Assembly (NCBI GenBank): GCA_031372565.1
Contig: JANMLN010000002.1
Coordinates: 1 to 64,000 of the forward strand
DNA length: 64,000 nucleotides
From: Gemmatimonadota bacterium
GTDB lineage: Bacteria > Gemmatimonadota > Gemmatimonadetes > Gemmatimonadales > Gemmatimonadaceae
Reading direction: 5' to 3'
The notes below the pieces were generated by a model. It ran no database searches and had not been told where the DNA came from. It saw only the letters and a list, made by a program, of their open reading frames with translations. Positions within the stretch are counted from its first letter, which is position 1. The number at the start of each line of letters is the position of its first letter. This document shows, in pieces, positions 8,025 through 17,887 of the stretch. A program made the position numbers and the translations under genes.

Positions 8025-8648
8025 ATGTCCACGCCCCTGATCGGCGACGACGGTCGCGCACGCTGTCACTGGTGTGGCACGCTCCCGGACTACGTGGCGT
8101 ACCACGATGCGGAGTGGGGCTTTCCGGTGTCCGACGACCGACGGCTGTTCGAGAAGCTCTGCCTCGAAGGGTTCCAGTCGGGCCTGTCATGGCTCACGAT
8201 TCTGCGCAAGCGCGCGAACTTCCGTCGCGCCTTCGCCGACTTCGACGCCGCCACCGTCGCGCGCTTCACCGAGCGGGACATCACGCGCTTGTTGGGCGAC
8301 GCGGGGATCGTGCGCCATCGCGGCAAGATCGAGGCGGCGATCAACAACGCGCGCCAGTGCATGGACCTCGTCGACGCCGACGGGTCGCTGGCGGCGTTCG
8401 TGTGGAAGTTCGAGCCGGCCAGGCAGGAGCGGCCCCTGTCGCGCACGTGGGACGTGTTACGCACGATCACGACGACGCCGGGCTCGATCGCGATGTCGAA
8501 AGAGCTCAAGCGGCGCGGCTGGAAGTTCGTCGGTCCGACCACCGTGTACGCCTTCATGCAGGCGATGGGGTTGGTGAACGATCACGTGGACGGCTGCCAT
8601 GTGCAGGTCACGGCCGATCGCGCGCGCCGGCAGTTCGCGCGCCCGTAG
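8025..8648 (+). CDS. tag: DNA-3-methyladenine glycosylase I
   Basis: RCHW, YHDAEWG, LFEKLCLEGFQSGLSWLTILRKR, GWKFVGPTTVYAFMQAMGLVNDH. Confidence 0.95.
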   Translation: MSTPLIGDDGRARCHWCGTLPDYVAYHDAEWGFPVSDDRRLFEKLCLEGFQSGLSWLTILRKRANFRRAFADFDAATVARFTERDITRLLGDAGIVRHRGKIEAAINNARQCMDLVDADGSLAAFVWKFEPARQERPLSRTWDVLRTITTTPGSIAMSKELKRRGWKFVGPTTVYAFMQAMGLVNDHVDGCHVQVTADRARRQFARP

Positions 8649-8713
8649 ACCGCGGCCGCAGAAACACCGTTCACCTGATTGACGTCTCCCGCGCACCGCG
8701 CTATCAACAGGGC

Positions 8714-10411
8714 ATGCGTCATCGCCTCCTCATCGCGCTCGCACTCGCGGGCGCGCCCGCCGCGGAAGCACAGACCCGCACGCCGCCTCCCGCCGACCTC
8801 GTCGTGCATCACGCCGCGATCTGGACGGTCGACGCGGCGAACCCACGTGCGCAGGCGATCGCGATCTCGGGGGGCACCATCGTGGCCATCGGAAAGAACG
8901 AGGCCATCATGCCGCGCGTGGGTCCCAATACGCGTGTCATCGACGCCCACGGACGCACGGTGCTGCCCGGCTTCACCGACACGCACGTCCATTTCCTGAG
9001 CGGCGCACTCGGTCTCGCACGCGTCGACCTGGAGGGCGCCAGGGATGTGGCGGAGCTGCGCACGCGTCTCGCACGCTACCGCGACGCGCATCCTGGGACG
9101 GGGTGGATTCAGGGACGGGGCTGGAACTACGCGATGTTCGGACGCGAGGCGCTGCCCCACAAGAAGTACCTCGACGACCTCTTTCCCGACCGGCCCGTGC
9201 TCCTGAGCGGCTACGACGGGCATACGAGCTGGGCCAACTCGAAGGCGCTCGCGCTCGCGGGGATCACGACGTCGACGCCCGATCCGACCAACGGCACCAT
9301 CGTGCGCGATGCCAACGGCGAACCGACGGGTGCACTCAAGGAGAAGGCCAGCAGTCTCGTCGGACGCCTCGTGCCCGCGCCCACGCGCGCCGAAAACGTC
9401 CAGGCGCTCGTGGCGGGGATGAAGCTGGCGGGTTCGCTCGGCGTCACGCGCGTGCACTCCGCGGGCGGGGACTTCGAGGTGCTCCCGCTGCTCGACTCGT
9501 TGCAGAAGGCGGGCGCGCTCACTGTCCGCTTCGACATCGGCTACTTCGTGAATCCGCCGTCACTCGCGTCGGCGGACCTCGTCGCGATCGAGGATGCCCG
9601 CACGCGGTACACCGGTGATTGGCTCTCGGGCGGCCTGATCAAGATGATGATCGATGGCGTCATCGAGTCGCACACCGCGGCCATGCTCGGGCCGTACACG
9701 GACCAGCCGACCACGAGCGGGACGCTCTTCTGGGAGCCGAAGGCGTTCGCCGACGCGGTGCGCGTGCTGGATGGCAAGGGGCTGCGCATCATGACACATG
9801 CGATCGGCGAGTTGGGCGTGCGCACCACGCTGGACGCCTACGCGGCCGCCAGAAAGGCCAACGGCGTCCGCGCGGATCGTCGGATGCGGGTGGAACACAT
9901 CGAGACGATTGCCGCCGCCGACATCAGGCGGTTCGGTGCGCAGGGCGTGATCGCGAGCATGCAGCCGCTCCATGCGTATCCCGACGTGAATACCACGGCG
10001 GTGTGGGCGCGCAACATCGGCCCCGAACGGGCGGGCCGTGCGTGGGCCTGGAGGCGCATCGCGGCGGGCGGCGGCAAACTGGCGTTCGGTTCGGACTGGC
10101 CCGTGGTGACGCTCAATCCGTGGCCCGGTATCCAGGTCGGTGTGACGCGACAGACCGAAGCCGGGGTACCAAAGGGTGGGTTCGTGCCGTCGGAGCGGCT
10201 CAGCGTGGCCGACATGGTCGCGGGCTACACGCTTGGCAGCGCATACGCAGGCGGACGCGAGTCGAAGGAGGGGACGTTGACGGTCGGCAAGCTCGGCGAT
10301 CTCATCATCCTCGAGGATGATCCGTTCACGTCGGCGCCGGCACGTCTTGCCGGCATGCAGGTCGACGCGACCATCGTCGGTGGACGCGTGGTGTACGAAC
10401 GTCGCAAGTGA
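8714..10411 (+). CDS. Secreted amidohydrolase (Amidohydro_3/YtcJ-like)
   Basis: Signal peptide; PGFTDTHVH, HAIG, RVEHIE, FGSDWPV, GTLTVGKLGD. Confidence 0.88.
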   Translation: MRHRLLIALALAGAPAAEAQTRTPPPADLVVHHAAIWTVDAANPRAQAIAISGGTIVAIGKNEAIMPRVGPNTRVIDAHGRTVLPGFTDTHVHFLSGALGLARVDLEGARDVAELRTRLARYRDAHPGTGWIQGRGWNYAMFGREALPHKKYLDDLFPDRPVLLSGYDGHTSWANSKALALAGITTSTPDPTNGTIVRDANGEPTGALKEKASSLVGRLVPAPTRAENVQALVAGMKLAGSLGVTRVHSAGGDFEVLPLLDSLQKAGALTVRFDIGYFVNPPSLASADLVAIEDARTRYTGDWLSGGLIKMMIDGVIESHTAAMLGPYTDQPTTSGTLFWEPKAFADAVRVLDGKGLRIMTHAIGELGVRTTLDAYAAARKANGVRADRRMRVEHIETIAAADIRRFGAQGVIASMQPLHAYPDVNTTAVWARNIGPERAGRAWAWRRIAAGGGKLAFGSDWPVVTLNPWPGIQVGVTRQTEAGVPKGGFVPSERLSVADMVAGYTLGSAYAGGRESKEGTLTVGKLGDLIILEDDPFTSAPARLAGMQVDATIVGGRVVYERRK

Positions 10412-10421
10412 GGGAGGACCG

Positions 10422-10871
10422 ATGCGTGTGCGAAGGTGGGGTCTGATGCTGGCCGCCAGCGTCATGGTCGGGTGTGGCAAGGCGGCGACGGAGCCGACCG
10501 TCAACTACCAGCCGCTGATCGCCGCAGCGCAGATCAAGTGGACGGCGAACCGCCCGGTGAACTACTCGTACGACTATCTGCTGTCGGGGTATTTCGTCTC
10601 CTTCGCGGATCGCACGATTCGCGTGCAGGTGCGGGGCGATACCGTCAGCGCGATCGCGACGGTCGACTCGGGCCCGGCGCTCGTCCTCCAGCGCAGCTGG
10701 TTCACGACCATCGACGGGCTGTTCGCCAAGCTCTCGACGGAGGCGCGCAACGGGACGATCGTGGCCGCCATCTTCGATCCCACCCTCGGTTACCCGGTCG
10801 CGTACAGCACGTCGGGACCGGCGGACGCCAGCGGGTCGGGCTTCGTGCGGGCGTTCGCCGCGCTTCCATAG
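10422..10871 (+). CDS. Lipoprotein, DUF6174-like
   Basis: GGAGG ribosome-binding site; lipobox MVGC; NYSYDY and FDPTLGYP. Confidence 0.65.
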   Translation: MRVRRWGLMLAASVMVGCGKAATEPTVNYQPLIAAAQIKWTANRPVNYSYDYLLSGYFVSFADRTIRVQVRGDTVSAIATVDSGPALVLQRSWFTTIDGLFAKLSTEARNGTIVAAIFDPTLGYPVAYSTSGPADASGSGFVRAFAALP

Positions 10872-10964
10872 CCGGATGTCCGGCGACTGCCGGGCAGCGA
10901 GACGCGTTAGACTCCACAACGGCAGAGCCACCGCGGCCTGCCGCGCCCCATTCCGAGGTTCGCC

Positions 10965-11324
10965 ATGGTGACCGTGACGCAAACAGGTCAGTCGATGCGT
11001 TTCGAGATCGAGGGGTTCGACAAGTTTCTCGCCCTCAAGGGACACCTCGACCTGCCGTTGTCGCACATCAAGGGCGCCCGGGTGGATCGCGAGGCGGCCA
11101 CGGGATGGTGGCATGGCGTGCGCATGCCCGGAACGTCCATTCCCGGTCTGGTCACTGCCGGGAGCTTCTATCAATCCGGCCGCATGGTGTTCTACGACGT
11201 GCACCACGCAGAGCAGGCGATCGTCGTCGAGCTCGATGACGACAACTACGATCGGCTCATTGTCGAGGTGCGTGACCCCGAGGGGACCGTGCAGCTGATC
11301 AACGCGGCGATCGCGGGTCGCTAA
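10965..11324 (+). CDS. Conserved hypothetical protein (PH-like fold likely)
   Basis: GVRMPGTSIPGLVTAGSFY...YDRLIVEVRDP; coding-like codon usage. Confidence 0.7.
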   Translation: MVTVTQTGQSMRFEIEGFDKFLALKGHLDLPLSHIKGARVDREAATGWWHGVRMPGTSIPGLVTAGSFYQSGRMVFYDVHHAEQAIVVELDDDNYDRLIVEVRDPEGTVQLINAAIAGR

Positions 11325-11470
11325 CCGCGCCCACGGGCGTCGTGCCGCGTGGCGTCGAAGCGACGGCGGCGTCAACCGCAAGGTGTGTGTCGGGCGACAG
11401 TACCCCTCGCGAAGTCGGCGATCCGGACGCATCGTTCGAGTCCCCCATCCGCGTACCGTCGAGCGCCCCG

Positions 11471-12136
11471 ATGAAATCCTCCGCGACCACCGTCGACGGC
11501 TACGTCGCCGCCCTGCCTGCTGACCGCCGCGAGATCGTCGCGCGGGTCCTCGAGGTCATCCGCAAGAACATCCCGGCCGGATACGACGAGAGCATTCTCT
11601 GGGGGATGCCATGCTGGTCGGTTCCGCTGTCACGCTACCCGAACACCTACAACAAGCAGCCGCTCATGATTGCCGCGCTCGCGGCGCAGAAGAACCATTA
11701 CGCGGTGTACCTGGTGTTGCCGGATCAGAAGCCCTGGTTCGTCTCGGCATACAAGAAGACCGGCAAGCGGATGGACATGGGCGGGTCGTGCGTGCGCTTC
11801 AAGAAGCTCGAGGAGCTGCCGCTCGCGCTCATCGGCGAGGCCGTGGCGAAGGTCGGCGTGGAGGCGTACCTCGCGTACTACGAACGCGTGCACGGGAGCC
11901 CGACAGAGAAGGCGCGCGTGAAGTCCGAGGTGAAGGCGGCGGTCGGAAGTGCGCGGACACCGACCGTCAAGCGTGTGGCAAAGACGTCGAGCACGAAGGC
12001 CGTCGCGGTGCGCGCCGAGGCGCGCAAGGAAGCCGTGCAGTCGAAGGCGGGCACCGTGCGTCGTGCCAAGAAGACCGCGCCAAGGAAGACCGCCGCGCGC
12101 AAACAGGCGGCCGCTCGGCGAAAGAAGGCCCGCTGA
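11471..12136 (+). CDS. DUF1801 (YdhG-like) protein with a Lys/Ala/Arg-rich tail
   Basis: TVDGYVAALP, YPNTYNKQPL, LAAQKNH, DMGGSCVRFKKLEELPL. Confidence 0.85.
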   Translation: MKSSATTVDGYVAALPADRREIVARVLEVIRKNIPAGYDESILWGMPCWSVPLSRYPNTYNKQPLMIAALAAQKNHYAVYLVLPDQKPWFVSAYKKTGKRMDMGGSCVRFKKLEELPLALIGEAVAKVGVEAYLAYYERVHGSPTEKARVKSEVKAAVGSARTPTVKRVAKTSSTKAVAVRAEARKEAVQSKAGTVRRAKKTAPRKTAARKQAAARRKKAR

Positions 12137-12185
12137 CCGACGCTCGCTGACCATCCATCATGCAGCAACCTCAGGAGCGTATCGC

Positions 12186-12830
12186 GTGAAGAAGATTGGG
12201 GTGTTGGGTTCCGGCGCGGTGGCACAGACCCTCGCGGCCGGTGCCCGGAAGCATGGGTACGAGGTGATGATTGGCAGCCGCTCGCCGGGAAAGCTGGCCG
12301 AGTTCGCGGCGAAGGCCGGCGTGGGCGCAGGGACCTTTGCCGAGGTGGCCTCGTGGGGTGACGCGGTGATCCTTGCCGTGAAGGGAACGGCCGCGCTGGA
12401 GGCGTGCACGCTCGCCGGCGCCGCGCATCTCGCTGGCAAGCTGGTGATGGACGCCACCAACCCGATCAGGGAAGCGCCGCCGACCGACGGCGTGCTGAGC
12501 TTCTTCACGACCTTTGATCAGTCGCTCATGGAGCAACTGCAGGCCGCGTTCCCGGATGCCCACTTCGTGAAGGCGTTCAGCTGCGTCGGCAACGCGCTGA
12601 TGGTCAATCCGCAGTTGGCCGGTGGGCCGCCGACGATGTTCATCTGCGGCAATGATGCCGGCGCCAAGGCCGAGACCGCGACGTTGCTGACCGCGTTCGG
12701 TTGGGAGGCCGAGGACATGGGCACCGCAGCCGCCGCCCGCGCGATCGAGCCGCTGTGCATCTTGTGGTGCATTCCGGGGTTCCGGCAGAACGACTGGATG
12801 CACGCCTACAAGGTGTTGCGCCCGGCGTAG
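12186..12830 (+). CDS. NADPH-dependent F420-reductase-like dinucleotide-binding enzyme
   Basis: IGVLGSGAVA, DATNPI, VKAFS, FICGND, ARAIEPL. Confidence 0.85.
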   Translation: MKKIGVLGSGAVAQTLAAGARKHGYEVMIGSRSPGKLAEFAAKAGVGAGTFAEVASWGDAVILAVKGTAALEACTLAGAAHLAGKLVMDATNPIREAPPTDGVLSFFTTFDQSLMEQLQAAFPDAHFVKAFSCVGNALMVNPQLAGGPPTMFICGNDAGAKAETATLLTAFGWEAEDMGTAAAARAIEPLCILWCIPGFRQNDWMHAYKVLRPA

Positions 12831-12906
12831 GGCGTGGCGACCGGGTGAGCGTCAGGACAGGGGGCGCTCAGGAAGCCCGCCCTGGGTTGGCAGGGCGCCG
12901 GCGCGC

Positions 12907-13515
12907 CTACGTGGCATTCGGCTGCGTGCCGCCGGGTCTGTGCGCCGCCAGCGCCGCCTCGATGCGCCTGTCCGGCACGAGCCAGATGATCGCGACCGTC
13001 ATGAACAGTCCCTGCGCGATCGCGGTATGGACGAACGCCAGCGGAATGGACGCCACATAGAGCGCCAGCGACAGCTTCCCCTTCCGGTCATCGCCCAGCG
13101 CCTGACCGAGCACCGAGTCGCTGCCGTGGTGCGTGACCAGCGACCGACTCAGGATCGTGTACGCGATCGCGCAACACAGGAGCACCGCCGCATACAGCGC
13201 GACCGGCGCAGCCTCGCCATGGCTCTCGCCCATCCAGCTCGTGACAAACGGAATGACCGAGAGCCAGAACAGGAGGTGCAGGTTGGCCCAGAGCACGCCG
13301 CCGCTCACGCCGTGGACCGCCTGCAGCATGTGATGGTGATTGACCCAGTAGATCCCCACGAAGATGAAGCTGAGCACGTAGCTCAGGAACACCGGCAGCA
13401 GCGGCACCAGATCCGACAGGTGGCTGCCATGCGGGACCTTGAGCTCGAGGACCATGATCGTGATGATGATGGCGATCACGCCGTCGGAGAATGCTTCGAG
13501 GCGGCCCTTATGCAT
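12907..13515 (-). CDS. TMEM175-family potassium channel
   Basis: RLEAFSDGVIAIIITIMVLEL, YWVNHHH, WLVPDRRIE. Confidence 0.93.
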   Translation of the reverse strand: MHKGRLEAFSDGVIAIIITIMVLELKVPHGSHLSDLVPLLPVFLSYVLSFIFVGIYWVNHHHMLQAVHGVSGGVLWANLHLLFWLSVIPFVTSWMGESHGEAAPVALYAAVLLCCAIAYTILSRSLVTHHGSDSVLGQALGDDRKGKLSLALYVASIPLAFVHTAIAQGLFMTVAIIWLVPDRRIEAALAAHRPGGTQPNAT

Positions 13516-13555
13516 GAGGCGCTCCCATGATCAGCCCGGTGATCTGCACGCCCGG

Positions 13556-15010
13556 TCAGGCGGGCACGTCGGCATCGGCCTCGACTTCCACGAGGTATTC
13601 GTCGCCCACCAGCCGCGCCTCCACGAGCGTGTTCGCCGGCGTGATCTCGCCGAACCGCTCGCCATGCGCGCGCGCGACCGCTTCCCAGTGCGCGACGTTC
13701 GACACGAAGACGCGTGTGCGTACCACGTCGTCGAGGGCTCCGCCGAGCGACTCGATCGCGCCCTGCACCTTGTCGAGTGCGAACACCATCTGCGCGTACG
13801 GATCCGCGCCGCCGATCAGCCTGTCGCCATGTGAGGCGGTCGTGCCACTCACGTGAATGCGAGTCCCGACACGCACCGCGCGCGCGTAGCCGTACATCGT
13901 CTCCCAGCTCGTGCCGCTCTTGACCTGCCGGCGGCCGTGCGGACCGTCGACCACACGATACGGCGTCGGGAACGACCCGAGGTGATGACTGAGGTCCCCG
14001 CTCGCCGTCAGGAAGGGCGGCTTGCGATACTCGTCCCCGCAGTCGCCCGGGATCGGCGTGAACTGCTCGAGCGCCGCGGCGAGTTCCCCCTTGGCTGCGG
14101 TATCGAGCGCGAAGCTGAACAACCGCTGCGTGTCGTCCAGGTGCGCGCTCTGACTGAGCCGGGCACCGATGATCACCCCGCCCATGCCGGGCTGCTCCAG
14201 CACCCATCGGCTCGCCACATTCGCGATGGACACGCCGAGCCGCCTGGCCACGCTGTCCGCCGCGTGCAGCACGCGCTGGAACGCACTCCAGCCGCCCGCC
14301 GTGTCGATGAAGCGCTTGTACTTCATCTGGCTCCACGTCCCGAGTCGCTCCATCTCGGGCTCCGGCTTGCCCAGCCACTTCTCGCTCAGGAACCCGCCCG
14401 CGAGGGTGCCGTACGCGAGAATCTTGATGCCGTGCGCTTCGGCGTACGCGCCGAGCTTGCCCGTGGCGCGACGATCGATGAGCGAGCAGCACACCTGATT
14501 GCTCACGAACGGAATCCCGCTCGCGATGGCAACGGCCAGGTGCGCGGTGTCGAAGTTGCACGCGCCGAGCGCGGCAATCAGCCCCTCGTCCTGGCACTCC
14601 TTGAGGTAGAACAGCGCGTCGAGCCAACTCGGATCGGCAAAGCGCCACGCGTGGAACTGGAGCAGGTCGATCCGGTCACCGTGCATGCGCGAGAGCGCAC
14701 GCGTGACCGCCTCGCGCACGTCCGCGCGCGTGACCGGGCCCGGCTTGGGCACCCACTTGGTGAAGAACTGCGCGGGCGGTGCGCCCGTGATCGCGCGATA
14801 GCGACCCACGATGTCTTCGGCGGAGCCGTAGTGGTCGGCCATGTCGAACGTGGTCAGGCCCGCCTCCACGTACGGCTGCATCGATCGTGCGGCCGCATCG
14901 AGGTCGAGCGTGCGACCGTCGCGCTCCATGTCCGCCACCTGCCACATGCCGGTGAGCGCGCGCGCCATGGTGAGTCCGGGCGCCAGCGTGATCCGTTCCA
15001 CCTCCGTCAT
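13556..15010 (-). CDS. Aldo/keto reductase fused to a C-terminal Rid (YjgF/YER057c/UK114) domain
   Basis: GMWQ, TFDMADHYG, FTKW, IDLLQFHAW, AYGTLAGG; then GYARAVRVG..HVSGTT...VVRTRVF...LVEVEADA. Confidence 0.85.
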   Translation of the reverse strand: MTEVERITLAPGLTMARALTGMWQVADMERDGRTLDLDAAARSMQPYVEAGLTTFDMADHYGSAEDIVGRYRAITGAPPAQFFTKWVPKPGPVTRADVREAVTRALSRMHGDRIDLLQFHAWRFADPSWLDALFYLKECQDEGLIAALGACNFDTAHLAVAIASGIPFVSNQVCCSLIDRRATGKLGAYAEAHGIKILAYGTLAGGFLSEKWLGKPEPEMERLGTWSQMKYKRFIDTAGGWSAFQRVLHAADSVARRLGVSIANVASRWVLEQPGMGGVIIGARLSQSAHLDDTQRLFSFALDTAAKGELAAALEQFTPIPGDCGDEYRKPPFLTASGDLSHHLGSFPTPYRVVDGPHGRRQVKSGTSWETMYGYARAVRVGTRIHVSGTTASHGDRLIGGADPYAQMVFALDKVQGAIESLGGALDDVVRTRVFVSNVAHWEAVARAHGERFGEITPANTLVEARLVGDEYLVEVEADADVPA

Positions 15011-16521
15011 GCAACGCCTCCTTCGGGGGGCAGTTCTCGAAAGCGCGCTTCGGCATCGATGCCGCTCGCGGCCAGCTTGGCCCGTTCGCGCCAGTAGATG
15101 ACGGTTGCCACCGCCATGACGCCCAGCCAGACTGGCGTACTGCGGTAGTACCAGGCACGCGCGGGTGCGGCCACGTCCTTCCACACACCCACGGCCAGCA
15201 GCGATCCGAGCAGCACGATGCCGATGGATGCCAACAGTGTCTGCAGCGCCCGCGACTTGAGCACCGTCACGCGCGCCGCGATCGCCGGATTGACGCGCGG
15301 CAGTGCGATCACCGTTGCGCACATCAGCATGAAGTTCACCAGCATGCTGGTCACGAGGATGTCGACGCCGAGAAAGAAGTCGGACGCGAAGTGGCACCCC
15401 AGAATGCCGACCGTGGCCATGACGGCGCTCGCGATGATCGCCACGTGTGGCGTGCGCCACGACGGATGCACCGCGGCCACGCCCGCCGGAAAGACGCCGT
15501 CTTCGGCCCAGGCGAACATCAGTCGTGACACCGCGAGCAGCATGCCCGGCAGATCGTTGATGAGCGACACCGCCGCACCCGCCACGATGGCCAGCGTCCA
15601 GCCGGGCGAGAGCACGTAGCTCAACAATCCCGGCGCCGTGACGTCATGCTTGCCCGCCTCCTCCGCGACGAAGCTCCACGGCACGATGTGATACACCGCG
15701 CCGGCGAACAGGAAGTAGAAGACGCCCACCGTGATGACCGCAATGCCGGTCGCGAGCGGGAGATTGCGGGCAGCGTTCTTCGCTTCGCCACCGGCCTGCG
15801 CGATCGCATCGAAGCCGATGAAGCTGGAGAACAGCACGGTTGACGCGCTCAGGAATGTTCCCCAATTGAACGGCGCATCCGTGGCCGGGACCGTGCGCCC
15901 GGGCTCCTTGGCGGCCAGCCCCGCAGCGAAGTCCGACTGGTCGTACTGCGTGCCCGCGAAGATCACGATGGCGCCGAGCACGAACATGACGACCATCAAC
16001 GGAATGAGCGTCTTCTCCACCGCGCCGACACCGCGGAGATTCACGCCGACGAAGGTCCAGAGGAAGACGAGCGCGACGACGAGCCGGATCGGGCCATGAT
16101 CGAGCGCGGCGCCCAGCAAGGGAAAGCCGGCCGGAATCGCCACATCCCGCAGGAACGGCGGAATCACGTAGGACACGACCCCGATCGCGATGCAGAGTCC
16201 GAACCACTGCGAGAAGCTGGCCACGAATCCGAGATACGGATTGAGACCGCGGCTCGCGTACACGTAGCTGCCACCGGCGCGCGGCATGGCGCTGGCCAGA
16301 ATCGCGTACGAGAGCGCGGCGAGCACCGCGGGTACTGCCGCCGTCAGGAAGGCGCCGAGCACCCAGGGGCCGATGCCCGGGACCGTGCGCTGCAGTTGGA
16401 AGGGGACGATCTGGATGCTTGCCCCGATCATCGAGCAGATGCCGGTGGCCACGAGCCCGAGCAAGCCCATGCTGCGCACGAGTCCGGGAGCGGCGGGCGC
16501 CGCTGGCGATGGTGTGGTCAC
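15007..16521 (-). CDS. APC-family amino acid permease
   Basis: About 12 TM segments; MPRAGGSYVY, FIGFD, SRLMFAWAEDGVFP, TPHVAI. Confidence 0.9.
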   Translation of the reverse strand: MTTPSPAAPAAPGLVRSMGLLGLVATGICSMIGASIQIVPFQLQRTVPGIGPWVLGAFLTAAVPAVLAALSYAILASAMPRAGGSYVYASRGLNPYLGFVASFSQWFGLCIAIGVVSYVIPPFLRDVAIPAGFPLLGAALDHGPIRLVVALVFLWTFVGVNLRGVGAVEKTLIPLMVVMFVLGAIVIFAGTQYDQSDFAAGLAAKEPGRTVPATDAPFNWGTFLSASTVLFSSFIGFDAIAQAGGEAKNAARNLPLATGIAVITVGVFYFLFAGAVYHIVPWSFVAEEAGKHDVTAPGLLSYVLSPGWTLAIVAGAAVSLINDLPGMLLAVSRLMFAWAEDGVFPAGVAAVHPSWRTPHVAIIASAVMATVGILGCHFASDFFLGVDILVTSMLVNFMLMCATVIALPRVNPAIAARVTVLKSRALQTLLASIGIVLLGSLLAVGVWKDVAAPARAWYYRSTPVWLGVMAVATVIYWRERAKLAASGIDAEARFRELPPEGGVA

Positions 16522-16528
16522 GTCGTGG

Positions 16529-17704
16529 TCAGCTCGAGTAGTAGGCGGCGTTCTCGTCCACGTATCCCTTGGTCAGGTCGCATCCGTACGCGGTCGCGGT
16601 CCCCTGGTCGACGCCGAGCGTGATCACCAGGTCGACGACCTCGTGCTTGAGCGTCGCGCGAACGATCGCCTCGTCGAAGGCCATGCGCGCGCCGCCCTGC
16701 ACCACCTGCGTCCCGTTGACCCACGCATCGGTCGCCGCCGGGTTGAGCGTGACAGTCGGCGTCTTGCCGATGGCCATGAGGATCCGTCCCACATTCGGGT
16801 CCGCGCCATGGACCATCGTCTTGATGAGCGGCGAGTTCACGATGGCCTTGGCAATCACGCGCGCCTCGTGCGGGTCCTTGGCGCCGCTGACCGTGACACG
16901 CAACAGGTGCTCGGCGCCCTCACCATCGCGTGCGAGGATCTCGGTCATGCGCATGCACCCTGCCTCGAGGGCGGCGTAGAACGACGGCTCGTCCACGGCG
17001 CCCGCGAGTCCGTTCGCCATGAGGACGCAGGTGTCGCTCGTGCTCGTGTCGGAGTCGACCGAGAGCATGTTGAACGAGACGTCCACCGCGCGGCGGAGCA
17101 GCCGGTCGAGCGTCGCGGCGTCGAACGCGGCATCCGTGAAGATGTACGCCAGCATCGTCGCCATGTTGGGTTCGATCATGCCGGACCCCTTGGCGACCCA
17201 CGTGATGGTCGCATCGCCCACGCGGGTGCTCAGCGCCTTGGGATGCGAGTCCGTGGTCATGATCCCCTGCGCGCCAACGAGCGGGTCGCTCTGGAGCTCG
17301 GCGCGCATGCCCACGACCCCCGCCTCGATCTTCTCGATCGGGAGCGGCACGCCGATGACGCCGGTCGAGCTCACGAGCACCCGATCAGGGGTGGTGCCGA
17401 GCTCGAGCGCGGCCGCGCGGGCCATGCGTCGCGCGTTGGCGATGCCGGCCTCGCCGGTCGCGACGTTCGAGACTTTCGAGTTGACGACGATACCTCGAAG
17501 GACGCCGCCCGCGATGGTTTCGCGGCCCAGGATGATGGGCGCGCCGGGGAACTGGTTGCGCGTGAAGACGGCGGCGACCGCGGCGTCGACGTCCGATGCG
17601 AAGAGCGAGAGGTCGCGGCCGCTCTGCTTGAGGCCGACCAGGCGCGAGCTGCAGCGAAAGCCGCGCGGAAAGGCGGCGGGCGTGTCGGGGGTGAAGCCGG
17701 GCAT
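16529..17704 (-). CDS. argJ: Ornithine acetyltransferase/N-acetylglutamate synthase ArgJ
   Basis: SSTGVIG, IMTTD, KGSGMIEPNMATML (autocleavage site), DSDTSTSD, ARDGEGA, GCDLTKGYVDENAAYYS. Confidence 0.92.
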   Translation of the reverse strand: MPGFTPDTPAAFPRGFRCSSRLVGLKQSGRDLSLFASDVDAAVAAVFTRNQFPGAPIILGRETIAGGVLRGIVVNSKVSNVATGEAGIANARRMARAAALELGTTPDRVLVSSTGVIGVPLPIEKIEAGVVGMRAELQSDPLVGAQGIMTTDSHPKALSTRVGDATITWVAKGSGMIEPNMATMLAYIFTDAAFDAATLDRLLRRAVDVSFNMLSVDSDTSTSDTCVLMANGLAGAVDEPSFYAALEAGCMRMTEILARDGEGAEHLLRVTVSGAKDPHEARVIAKAIVNSPLIKTMVHGADPNVGRILMAIGKTPTVTLNPAATDAWVNGTQVVQGGARMAFDEAIVRATLKHEVVDLVITLGVDQGTATAYGCDLTKGYVDENAAYYSS

Positions 17705-17719
17705 GGCGGGGAGGGGGAA

Positions 17720-17818
17720 AGCAGGTCCTTCGCTTCGCTCAGGACGACAACGCAAGCAGGTCCTTCGCTTCGCTCAGGACGACAACGCAGGCAGGTCCTT
17801 CGCTTCGCTCAGGACGAC
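17720..17818 (-). repeat. Three tandem REP-like arms (period 35 bp)
   Basis: GCAGGTCCTTCGCTTCGCTCAGGACGAC at 17721, 17756 and 17791. Confidence 0.93.
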
Positions 17819-17887
17819 GACGCGTTGCGCACGACGTCGGCGATCGGAGAAGCTACGCCCTTGCCTGCCCCACCGCTCGGCTTGCCG

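Noticed and set aside
12845..12880. Possible decayed repeat arm (CGCTCAGGA) between convergent genes
   Set aside because: Only a 9-bp match, not distinguishable from chance.
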